Below are positions 49,351-57,879 of a stretch of 64,000 bases of DNA, one piece after another. How positions within the stretch are numbered: the first letter of the stretch is position 1; every line of letters starts with the position of its first letter. Source of the DNA: a virus (Duplodnaviria; Caudoviricetes); the IMG/VR virus record IMGVR_UViG_2700988850_000001, positions 11,773 to 75,772 of that record; one strand, written 5' to 3'. The notes under the pieces are model-generated. The model was not told the origin of the DNA, did no database searches, and saw only the letters and a list, made by a program, of their open reading frames with translations. Both the position numbers and the translations under genes were made by a program.

Positions 49351-50280
49351 CTAGGCCTTGTACGCGCCCTTGATACCCTGCGCGTTCTCGCCCGGCTGGA
49401 TGCCCTCAACGGTGCAGTTGGTCGGGTTGCCCTTGCTGTCCTTGGGGAACAGGCGAGCCGAGATTGCACCAGCCGACGGGCTGTCCTCGCCGTACTCCTC
49501 CGACTTGGTGTTCTTGATCTCGCTCACCGTGAGGAAGGTGCCCGACTCGAGACCGTTGAACGCGTTCAGGATGTGCGCCGCCACGTCACGCCGGGTGCCC
49601 TGGAAGGGCTGCCCTGCCGGACGACCCGGCTTGCGCGGACCCTTGCCTGTCGCGATCTTGACCGCGTGCTTGACCACGATCGAGACCTCAGGCTCGTCGC
49701 CGCGAGTCTCCGGGTCAGCCTGCGACCAGTCCAGGTACGCCTTGGCAGCGTCGATGGTGTCGTCGTCGCTGATCTCGGAAGCCCAGTCGCCCAGTCCCTC
49801 GGGAACCAGGGGACCTTCCGCCAGGTCCACCGCGAGACGGAGAGCCTGGACGCGATCGGCGAAGACCTTCTCCTGGCTGACGGTCGGCTTGGCAGCGCCG
49901 CCACCCGAAGATGCACGCGGCGTGGTCTCGAGAACCGCACCGTTAATCAGGTTCCAGGCAACAGCCTGGGTGATCGGAGTGTCCGTCTCGGGAGAGAGCG
50001 CGTCCTTCATCTGGTCAGCGATGAAGTTCTTCGCCTTGTTCTTGAACTTGGCGCCGCCCTCGATATCACGGTACGCCTCCTTGACCGGCTGAAGCTGCGC
50101 CGGAGCGAGCGAACCCGTCTCGTGGTCAGCGTCGGCAGCGACAGTCTTGGCGACGTTCTGGAACTCTTCGACGAGAGCTTCCAGGCGCTCCTGCTCGGCA
50201 GCCTGCTCGGCCTGCTCCTGCTCGGTCAGCTCGACTTCGGCAGCTTCGGGAGCGTCGATGGTTGCAGTGTTCTCAGACAT
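49351..50280 (-). CDS. Acidic hypothetical protein, probably highly expressed
   Basis: AAGGAG RBS before ATG 50280; strongly biased codons; TTGACA promoter near 50367. Confidence 0.7.
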   Translation of the reverse strand: MSENTATIDAPEAAEVELTEQEQAEQAAEQERLEALVEEFQNVAKTVAADADHETGSLAPAQLQPVKEAYRDIEGGAKFKNKAKNFIADQMKDALSPETDTPITQAVAWNLINGAVLETTPRASSGGGAAKPTVSQEKVFADRVQALRLAVDLAEGPLVPEGLGDWASEISDDDTIDAAKAYLDWSQADPETRGDEPEVSIVVKHAVKIATGKGPRKPGRPAGQPFQGTRRDVAAHILNAFNGLESGTFLTVSEIKNTKSEEYGEDSPSAGAISARLFPKDSKGNPTNCTVEGIQPGENAQGIKGAYKA

Positions 50281-50450
50281 TTCGTTCTCCTTGTGGGTCA
50301 TTGTGCTGGGGCCGCATCCCCGGTTTGTTTGATGCCTCCACTGTATCAGAACTGTGTGAGGTGTCAACACGATTCGTGGGAAAATGTGATCGGGTTTCCC
50401 CGACCGCTCACCCCGCCTGGTTGACGGGATGAGCGATCGTAGAACACCGC

Positions 50451-52425
50451 TCAGACTGGTCGGGTTATGAACCGGGCAAACAACCCGGCGACCAGGCAGA
50501 ACAAGCCTGCCGCGATACTCTGCGAAGAGTTCACGATGCCTAAGTCTGGCACCATTAACACTCCACCTACGCCCAGCAAGAATGCCAGGCTGAACGCTAC
50601 TACCATGAACACTCGGGCAAGGCGTACTACCATCGGCTGCGCTTCCGGTATGCCGGATTGTGCATGCGCTCTACCATTTCGAGATGCTCTCGCCATGCCT
50701 TGCTGTCCTGCTCATTCCAGAATGTATTCCAGGCGCACACTGCCGAGACTATTCCGGCGAAGATTGGCAGGAAGCCTATGGCAAATCCCATGATGACAAG
50801 CCACGCGCCTACGCCGATCCCGACCGCTGCGCCTACTGCGCACAGTGTCGTGATGACTTTGTATATCATCACTCACCCCGCATCAAGATGTTCAGCTCAT
50901 GCTTGAACTCGTGGACGTAGGTGTCTCGGATGCTGGTGATCCGAGTTGCGTACACCTCAGGCATGATGCCCCAGCTCAGCAAGATGGGTTCCATGCCCCA
51001 GTCACTCGAGTCGAAGGCGCTGAGGTGCCCATCGCACAGCCCGTCGAAGCCCTTGTTCTCGGCTTCCCATAGGTCGTGGGCATTCATCCACGCCAGGTTC
51101 TTCAGGAACCTGTCGAGGTCACCGTCGAGCACGGACTTCTCGCCCTTGCTGATGACTGTCTGAGCTGCACGCATGATGTTCATACGTACCGGCTGAACGT
51201 GTGACATTAGAATGGCCGCCTTCCTAGATGAATCCAGCTGACTTCTACCCTGCTGGTGTTGGTTGCACGGGTGCAGGGCTGCCCTGCCTTTGCGTTGCAG
51301 ATGGGGCAGTCACGCTCAGCGCGCGCCTTCCGATCTATTTCTTCCCAGCTTGGCATGCTACTCCCCTGCCTCTAGTTCGATTCGGTAAGTCAGGCCGCTA
51401 CTCTCGAAGGTCACGACACCATCTGCCTCGAACGTCATAGGGGTCTCGGTCCGAAGTCCCTTGGTCTCCACCATGGCGAGGGCAACCTTCATGGCCCACT
51501 CGGTGAACTCCCCAAGGTTCTCGAAGTCTTGCTCACCTACCCGTATGTTCTCGACATACGTTATTGCCTTAACCTTCATGTCTAGCCTCACTCTCTGGTG
51601 GTCGTGCCGCCATGCTGGTTGCACGGGGACTTCATGCTGCCGTACTTGTTAGAGAATCCGCCATACTCAGGTGCGTAATACTGAATCTCTACCACGCACC
51701 CGCATTCAAGTTTGACGTCATCTTCCCAGTCGTCGGACATTTGTTCCCGTCCTTTGCTCTGGTACTAGTCTATCATAAGGCATTCAGAATGCCAACCCTA
51801 TCCCCGGATATACCGGGGATAAGATTCGAACTCTGACTGCTAGCGTCGGGTGTAGATGCGCTGAGTTGCGCGACGCTGGTTCTTCCGAGCACGGGCTACC
51901 TTCCACGCTTGGTCCAGCGTGGCCCCCTCGGTGCAGTAGATGACGATGAACTCGCTCTCGTCCACCTGAGACCGGCGCTCGCCCTGCTGCTGTAGGTACT
52001 CGACCGCCCGGTTACCGGCCTTCGTGCCGATGAACTTGTCAGATGCCTTCTCGATTGCGACAGACATATCTTGCCTCCTATTCTGGGATGCGACCGACCA
52101 GGCAGTATGCCCACCCGATTACGTCGCCGTTGCTCGGGTCGATGATAGACCAAGACTCGCCGGTATGATCCGTGCCGCCATGGACGGTACGGTACCCGTC
52201 GAAGTCCTCACGCAGCATGGTCATGAGGCAGCGGCGCGCGCTGCTGTAGTGCTGGAAGTTGCTCTCGAAGTTGTTCCATCGCCGAAGGTTGGCCGGTGCA
52301 TGTGCCTCGACAAAGATCGAGTAGACTGCTGGCTTCTGATTCGGGAACTCATGCCGCCCGACCCTGAAGGTTTCGGCGCTGTCCGCCTCGGCACCTTCAA
52401 TGGGAACGCTGACTCTTGTTGCCAT
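50451..52425 (-). other. Cluster of small hypothetical genes (two membrane proteins 50451-50872; 50869-51207; 51358-51579; 51588-51740; 51840-52067; 52078-52425)
   Basis: Leftward ORFs; 51588-51740 translated by hand. Confidence 0.55.
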
Positions 52426-52426
52426 G

Positions 52427-52747
52427 CTACACCCCACTCACAGAGTAGTTCACGTTGGTACGGACAACCTTGATGCGACCACGAACCGGGCTGTCGTAGT
52501 AGTACGACTCACTGCCCATGGAGATGCGCTTGACCCTGGCATCGGGATGCTGCGCTCTCGCGAGACGCCTTGCCTCGGCAGCCATGCGGGTAGACCGACT
52601 GCGCATCTGGTAGCCGTCGTACTCGATAGCCTCGACGCGAATAGTCTTGTACTTCTTGTCGTACTCACCCTGCAAGATCGAGTCCACGTGATTCCCCGGT
52701 ACTACCGGGTTGTCAGCTTCTGTTTCGATTCGCTGTACGGATAACAT
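52427..52747 (-). CDS. Cassette ORF 1, hypothetical (106 aa)
   Basis: ATG abuts repeat R1. Confidence 0.7.
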   Translation of the reverse strand: MLSVQRIETEADNPVVPGNHVDSILQGEYDKKYKTIRVEAIEYDGYQMRSRSTRMAAEARRLARAQHPDARVKRISMGSESYYYDSPVRGRIKVVRTNVNYSVSGV

Positions 52748-52842
52748 CTTGCCTCACTCTCGGTGGATTGTTCTAAGTCTAGCCTGACACTCTGAGAATG
52801 TCAACACGTTTCACGGGCTGCCCGTGAAACATGCAAACGCGC

Positions 52843-53199
52843 TCAGACTTCCCGGTAGATGTGGCACTCACCCTCGAGGAAGTAGTCCCCGTTCTGGTGG
52901 AACACGTGAATGAGTCCCTGCTTCATGCCGACACGCTGCCCGGTGTTCGCGTACAGAATGGCATTCATTCTGTGCGAAGTCGTACGGGTATTGTGCCCGC
53001 GACTGTTGAGGATCACCTTGCCCGGCTGAACATAGGCAATGGTGCTGCTGTGGTGACGGATCGCCACGATGGACGACGGACTTCCTGGATCACGACGCGC
53101 CCAGGTCTGGTACGCAATCTTCTTCCAGTCCTCACCTGTTTTCTCGGTGAGCTTCAGCAGATTCTCGTGAGTCATGCTGGGGAGCTTCAAGTTCGTCAT
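52843..53199 (-). CDS. Cassette ORF 2, hypothetical (118 aa)
   Basis: Exactly bounded by R2 and R1. The track's MRLD prefix is repeat sequence. Confidence 0.75.
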   Translation of the reverse strand: MTNLKLPSMTHENLLKLTEKTGEDWKKIAYQTWARRDPGSPSSIVAIRHHSSTIAYVQPGKVILNSRGHNTRTTSHRMNAILYANTGQRVGMKQGLIHVFHQNGDYFLEGECHIYREV

Positions 53200-53297
53200 G
53201 TCTAGCCTCACTCTCGGTGGTCTGGTACAAGTCTAGCCTGACATTCTGAGAATGTCAACACGTTTCACGGGCTGCCCCGTGAAACATGCAAACGCGC

Positions 53298-53672
53298 TCA
53301 GATACTTGGGCGAGGCGTATGGTCGCTGGCGCTCACTGCCAGTCGAGCAGCCATGCTGGCACCGATCTGGACAGTTTCTTCCAGCGTCGCGTGCCGAATG
53401 TAGATCACCGGGTGGTGCTGCTCGTCCTCGGGTCCGGCGTACGGACGCCGGACGACGTACTTGACCTCAGTTGCCCCGGCGTAGTTCACCTCGTCGTACT
53501 CGAGGGTTCCGCCCTGGAAGTTCGCGAACCGATCCACGTACTCCTTGACGAAGTGCCAGTCTCCCGTCACACGGTCGATATGGCTGCCGTTGTGATACAC
53601 GTTCACGACGTAGTGTTCTTCCAGCGTCGCGATTCCCGCGTAGCTGCCCGTGTAAGTCGGTTTGATGATCAT
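53298..53672 (-). CDS. Cassette ORF 3, hypothetical (124 aa)
   Basis: Exactly bounded by R3 and R2. Confidence 0.75.
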   Translation of the reverse strand: MIIKPTYTGSYAGIATLEEHYVVNVYHNGSHIDRVTGDWHFVKEYVDRFANFQGGTLEYDEVNYAGATEVKYVVRRPYAGPEDEQHHPVIYIRHATLEETVQIGASMAARLAVSASDHTPRPSI

Positions 53673-53774
53673 GTCTAGCCTCACTCTCGGTGGATTGATC
53701 TAAGTCTAGCTGATATTCCCTAGAATATCAACCCGAATGCTGTGACATTTCTGGCACAGCACCAGGCAAACACG

Positions 53775-54260
53775 CTAGGGATTCTGGGTCAGGCGATACC
53801 TGTACTTGGCTGGGGTAGTGCTGTCCTCGGACTCGTACACGTCCCAGTGAGTGAACGCCGGGTAGAAAGTGCAGCCCTGTTCTGTGTGCCGGGTGAGGGC
53901 GCGCAGAATCTCGAACTGAGCTTCCTTGCGAGACCCACCGAAGATGGTCTCAACCTGGAAGTCCGGGTCGTCTGCATAGTCCGGGTCCATGCGCTCGGAC
54001 TTCTCCACGAACCACAGGTCTGCCGAATCTTCCTCGGACAGTAGTTCGATGGATGCCGTGGCGACAGGCTCGCCGTTCCGGTCAAGTATCACGTACTCCA
54101 CGAACGAATCTGTTTCCAGAGTCGGACGCGCAGTGTCGCCGGACACTCTGCATTTTTTCGACAGTGCCAGTCGTGCCTGTCGAAAGTTCTCCCGGTACAG
54201 CTCTGCCAGCGGCATGCTGTCTGGGGACAGATCGTTGATGGTGACTTTCCAAGCCCTCAT
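53775..54260 (-). CDS. Cassette ORF 4, hypothetical (161 aa)
   Basis: Exactly bounded by R4 and R3. Confidence 0.75.
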   Translation of the reverse strand: MRAWKVTINDLSPDSMPLAELYRENFRQARLALSKKCRVSGDTARPTLETDSFVEYVILDRNGEPVATASIELLSEEDSADLWFVEKSERMDPDYADDPDFQVETIFGGSRKEAQFEILRALTRHTEQGCTFYPAFTHWDVYESEDSTTPAKYRYRLTQNP

Positions 54261-54357
54261 GTCTAGCCTCACTCTCGGTGGTCTGGTACAAGTCTAACCT
54301 GACATTCTGAGAATGTCAACACGTTTCACGGGCTGCCCGTGAAACATGCAAACGCGC

Positions 54358-54771
54358 TCAGGCTATTTGGGTACAGAACCAGTCGAACATTTCCGGCGTA
54401 GGTTCGCCGGGAAAGTGTGCCGCATATTCCCAGGCACCGTCTGACAGTGAACCGCTGGCATCTGGTTTCGTGTGTCCCCAGACCTCGAGGAAGTAATGCG
54501 GGCTGCTGCCGAACACCAGTCCTCGCGATATGCGAACACTGAACGAGTCGCAACGGAAAACGATCTTCCCATCCTCGAGTGAATGCCAGTCCTGGATATC
54601 CAGCGACACTTCCATTTCGTCAGTGTTCATCTGGTCCAGCAGGAATCCCACATTGTTCGCCCGGAACTCGAGAAAGAACTTCTCGGTGAAGTCCTCCCAA
54701 ATTACGTTGTCGCGCCGGGATACTGCCGGGTTCTGGAATGTGACGGTTATGCCGTCTGCCGTATATGGCAT
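54358..54771 (-). CDS. Cassette ORF 5, hypothetical (137 aa)
   Basis: Exactly bounded by R5 and R4. Confidence 0.75.
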   Translation of the reverse strand: MPYTADGITVTFQNPAVSRRDNVIWEDFTEKFFLEFRANNVGFLLDQMNTDEMEVSLDIQDWHSLEDGKIVFRCDSFSVRISRGLVFGSSPHYFLEVWGHTKPDASGSLSDGAWEYAAHFPGEPTPEMFDWFCTQIA

Positions 54772-54864
54772 TTCTAGCCTCATTTCTCGACGGAAATGGC
54801 ACTCTCATTCTGAGAATGTCAACCCGTGCCCAGAATGCTGCCATTCTGGACCAGGCAAACGCGC

Positions 54865-55176
54865 TCAGTCCTCGGTGTTGACCTCGATAGGCTGCCAGTC
54901 GTGGTCAGCCGGGTTGCTCAGGATGAATGCGGAAAGTCCACCCGCATATTCCCGATCCACCAGTCGCAGAATCTGCGCCTGGTTGAGTCCCTGAATCTGC
55001 TCGCATTCCTCGTAAGTGCAGCAGTCCAGGCACCAGCCGACCATTTCGTCCAGCTGGTTAGGGAAGTACTCGATAATTTGGGCGTAGCTGCCCGGATTCC
55101 AGCACTCGACCAGTCCTGTGACCCGAATGGGTTTCACGGCAGCCAAGCGGAGCACATTCTGATTCTTGAATGGCAT
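54865..55176 (-). CDS. Cassette ORF 6, hypothetical (103 aa)
   Basis: Exactly bounded by R6 and R5. Confidence 0.75.
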   Translation of the reverse strand: MPFKNQNVLRLAAVKPIRVTGLVECWNPGSYAQIIEYFPNQLDEMVGWCLDCCTYEECEQIQGLNQAQILRLVDREYAGGLSAFILSNPADHDWQPIEVNTED

Positions 55177-55279
55177 TTCTAGCCTCACTCTCGGTGGATA
55201 TTGCAAGTCTAGCCTGACATTGCTGAGAATGTCAACCCAAATGCTGTGTCATTTCTGGCACAGCACCAGGCAAACGCGC

Positions 55280-55618
55280 TCAGCTACCCGGCATCGGCCA
55301 CGGCACACCATTCTTATAGGCGTCCGTGCAGATTCCTCCGGTGTAGTCATTGAGCCAGAACGTCATGTCCAGGCTCTGGAAATACTTGGGGTAGCACACT
55401 GTCGTGTCGATAGGCTCGCCACAGATGCCATTCCCCATGGTTTCGCAGTCCCACAGGTCAGAATCTTCCTCGATTCTGCCGATCGGCGCCTCGTAGGTTG
55501 TGGTAGCGGCAAGTTCTGCGCCCTCGAACCCTCGAGTGTCCAGCTGGTCTGCGACGAACAGACTCCCGGCGATAGATGCGCCGATGCCTATTGCTGCCAC
55601 GTATCCGGCAAGTTTCAT
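55280..55618 (-). CDS. Cassette ORF 7, secreted or membrane-anchored Cys-containing protein (112 aa)
   Basis: N-terminal hydrophobic segment; WDCETMGNGICG motif; bounded by R7 and R6. Confidence 0.75.
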   Translation of the reverse strand: MKLAGYVAAIGIGASIAGSLFVADQLDTRGFEGAELAATTTYEAPIGRIEEDSDLWDCETMGNGICGEPIDTTVCYPKYFQSLDMTFWLNDYTGGICTDAYKNGVPWPMPGS

Positions 55619-55711
55619 TTCTAGCCTCATTTCTCTGTGGAAATGGCACTCTCATTCTGAGAATGTCAACCCGTGCCCAGAATGCTGCCATTCTGGACCA
55701 GGCAAACGCGC

Positions 55712-56152
55712 TCAGACTGCGCAAATTTCGAACATGATGGATCGGTCCAACTTGGACATTTTGAACCGGGTGTTGCCGTGCGGGACTGTGACCGTGGTCA
55801 GATTCCACCCCAGAGCAGTCAAGTTCTGGACGGTCTCGGTCAGTCGCATCTGAGCGACGTGACGAGTTCCCTCGTAGACAATCTTGTCCGTGAAACCGTC
55901 CGGCGTCCGGTCGATTCTGACCAGCTGGGCACGGTAGCTCTCAGCGTTGAGATAATGGTTCTCGAGCCGACGCGAGGCGTCTGCTACTGCGTCCAGCAGG
56001 TTGTTGAACGTTTTGTTGGCGACCTTGCCGTCGATAGCGATATGCCAACGGCAGGACTTCTCGTAGAACTGAATCAGCCCGTCGATTGTCTCGTACGTTC
56101 CGTCAGTCCCGCGAACCAGGTCACAGGTGCCGATCTGGAATTGATGACGCAT
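55712..56152 (-). CDS. Cassette ORF 8, hypothetical (146 aa)
   Basis: Bounded by R8 and R7. Confidence 0.75.
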   Translation of the reverse strand: MRHQFQIGTCDLVRGTDGTYETIDGLIQFYEKSCRWHIAIDGKVANKTFNNLLDAVADASRRLENHYLNAESYRAQLVRIDRTPDGFTDKIVYEGTRHVAQMRLTETVQNLTALGWNLTTVTVPHGNTRFKMSKLDRSIMFEICAV

Positions 56153-56240
56153 TTCTAGCCTCACATTCTGTGATGTGGAAACAGACAGTGGATACTGTCA
56201 ACCCGTGGGCAGAATGATTGCTCATTCTGCCCCAGGCAAA

Positions 56241-56597
56241 CTATACCCGACCGTTCTGGCGGTCGAACTCTCGCATAATGCGAGCCTGTTCCTCGAGCAT
56301 TGCCGCGATTACTTCCGACCGGCGACGTTCGATCCGATCCTGCTCGCGCAGAATGCGGGTCTGTTCCTCGCGAATTTCTGCCTCGAGGTTTTTGTTGTAC
56401 CCGTTGCGCCCATCGAAACCGGACTTCTGGCGCTCGGTTACCGTGCGTCCCACACCCGAACTAATTTTCGGGTCGCGGGCATTTTTGCGGGCTGCGAGTC
56501 CGAACTGGCGAGTACGAATACGCGCACTATCGGGGAGAGACAGCCTGGCCGTCGGGTCGATGACGCGACGCCGCTCCTGGAAAAAGTCGTCCAGCAT
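56241..56597 (-). CDS. Cassette ORF 9, Arg/Glu-rich hypothetical (118 aa)
   Basis: Bounded by R9 and R8. Confidence 0.7.
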   Translation of the reverse strand: MLDDFFQERRRVIDPTARLSLPDSARIRTRQFGLAARKNARDPKISSGVGRTVTERQKSGFDGRNGYNKNLEAEIREEQTRILREQDRIERRRSEVIAAMLEEQARIMREFDRQNGRV

Positions 56598-56745
56598 TTC
56601 TAGCCTCATTTCTCGAGATGAAATGGAATGATCTAACTCTAACACACCGCCTAGGCGGAATGTCAACTCATTACCTAGAACGGAATCTAGGTAATCAGGT
56701 GACACTACGGATCGGCCCGTAATGATGGGCCATTCCCGTTGTGTC

Positions 56746-56795
56746 GAGAGACCGGAAACGGTTTCCCGTTTTGGCGAAACCGTTTCCGGTCTCTC
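56746..56795 (-). terminator. 20-bp hairpin downstream of ncRNA copy 1
   Basis: gagagaccggaaacggtttc / gaaaccgtttccggtctctc. Confidence 0.6.
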
Positions 56796-56814
56796 TCGCT
56801 ACTCTGTGACTCAA

Positions 56815-57072
56815 CCGGTGCTCTCGTAGCAGACATGAGCGCCCTAGCTGACCGGGCATGTCGTTTACCGGAGAAATGCAGTCACATTTCACGTCGCGCT
56901 CCCACGGGATCTACTAGCGTGATTATCCGACCTAGCCTCTACAGATCCACCATAGAGTTTCAGTCGGCGCACTACTAGCGCACCAGAACCAGGGTAAACG
57001 CTAACCTATTTTCTGACTCGCAACGGAGACCCCAGGCTATGGTGTCGCATTTTCCGTTGCGTTTCGTTGCTG
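56815..57072 (-). ncRNA. Structured ncRNA, copy 1 of an unrecognised family
   Basis: Paralogous to 57228-57485 with compensatory stem changes; own promoter at 57079-57108. Confidence 0.7.
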
Positions 57073-57161
57073 TGGTCCACACTACCACGGTTGCCCGCGA
57101 AATGTGAACTCATTTTCGGGTAAACCCACGTCCTAGAATCTAGTCCGTTTCGGGTTACCCG

Positions 57162-57212
57162 GTCTCACTCGAGAATGTGAACCCGTTTCCGGGTCACTGT
57201 CTCGAGTGAGAC
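57162..57212 (-). terminator. Long hairpin downstream of ncRNA copy 2
   Basis: gtctcactcgaga ... tctcgagtgagac. Confidence 0.55.
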
Positions 57213-57227
57213 GTTACGGAATGTGTT

Positions 57228-57485
57228 CTCGAGGTGCTCTCGTAGCAGGGTTTAGCGTCCTAGCTGCCCGGACAACCCGTTTACCTCGAAATGCGAACAC
57301 ATTTCGCCCGTGCGAACCATGGGATCTACCGACGTTTCGCTCTAGTACTAGTCTCAACCGATCCACAGTTGAGCCGTTCGTAGAGTGCACTATCGGCGCA
57401 CCAGAACCAGGCACAAACACTAGCCAATTTACTGCCACAATCGGCGTCCAGGCTGGGACACGCGGCCGATTGCGTTTCGATCTGA
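57228..57485 (-). ncRNA. Structured ncRNA, copy 2 of an unrecognised family
   Basis: Same motif order as copy 1; own promoter at 57490-57520. Confidence 0.7.
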
Positions 57486-57879
57486 GACGACCCTACCACG
57501 GTTGCCCGTGGGAATGTCAACTCATTCGCGGTTCACTGGTCAGTCGGTCCGACGGTTGCCTCGCTGCCACGAATGGCAGGACATTCCGACCTCGTACACG
57601 TGGAACGTGTAGTCGTGGGTCAGGGGAGCGACTAGAGGCCCGTACGGGCCTACCCACGAGGGGAGCGTCGGAACGGTTTCCCATTCCGGCGTCTGTCGTC
57701 TGACTGTTGTCGGCACCCATGGCTACGTGCGAACACGTACCCATTTCGGGTGACTGACCAGAACCGCTATTGAGATGTCATAGGTCCGAAATGCGATTCG
57801 CATTTCGTCGGCGACTGTTCCCGCCTCGCTCGGTACTGCGTTGAGCGTGGCACCAGTCTAAACACATTTTCCGACAGAT

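Larger units (their letters stand above)
52748..56696 (-). repeat. Nine ~90-105-bp intergenic repeats, each with hairpin + promoter + RBS: R1 52748-52842, R2 53200-53297, R3 53673-53774, R4 54261-54357, R5 54772-54864, R6 55177-55279, R7 55619-55711, R8 56153-56240, R9 56598-56696
   Basis: Minus-strand consensus STOP-GCGCGTTTGC-hairpin-GTTGACATTCTCAGAATGTCAGGC-TAGACT-...-GAGAGTGAGGCTAGA(C/A)-ATG, read directly. Confidence 0.92.

Noticed and set aside
52748-56696. CRISPR array (repeats plus a Cas4-like gene in the genome)
   Set aside because: Repeats are ~100 bp and variable, the spacers are 310-490-bp full ORFs, and no cas1/cas2 is present. The nuclease is of the stand-alone phage RecB/Cas4-like type.
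52843-56705. Shared N-terminal peptide MRLD/MRLE on array ORFs as a protein signal
   Set aside because: It is the translation of the repeat's RBS region (GTG/ATG AGG CTA GAC/GAA); the true starts are the following ATG.
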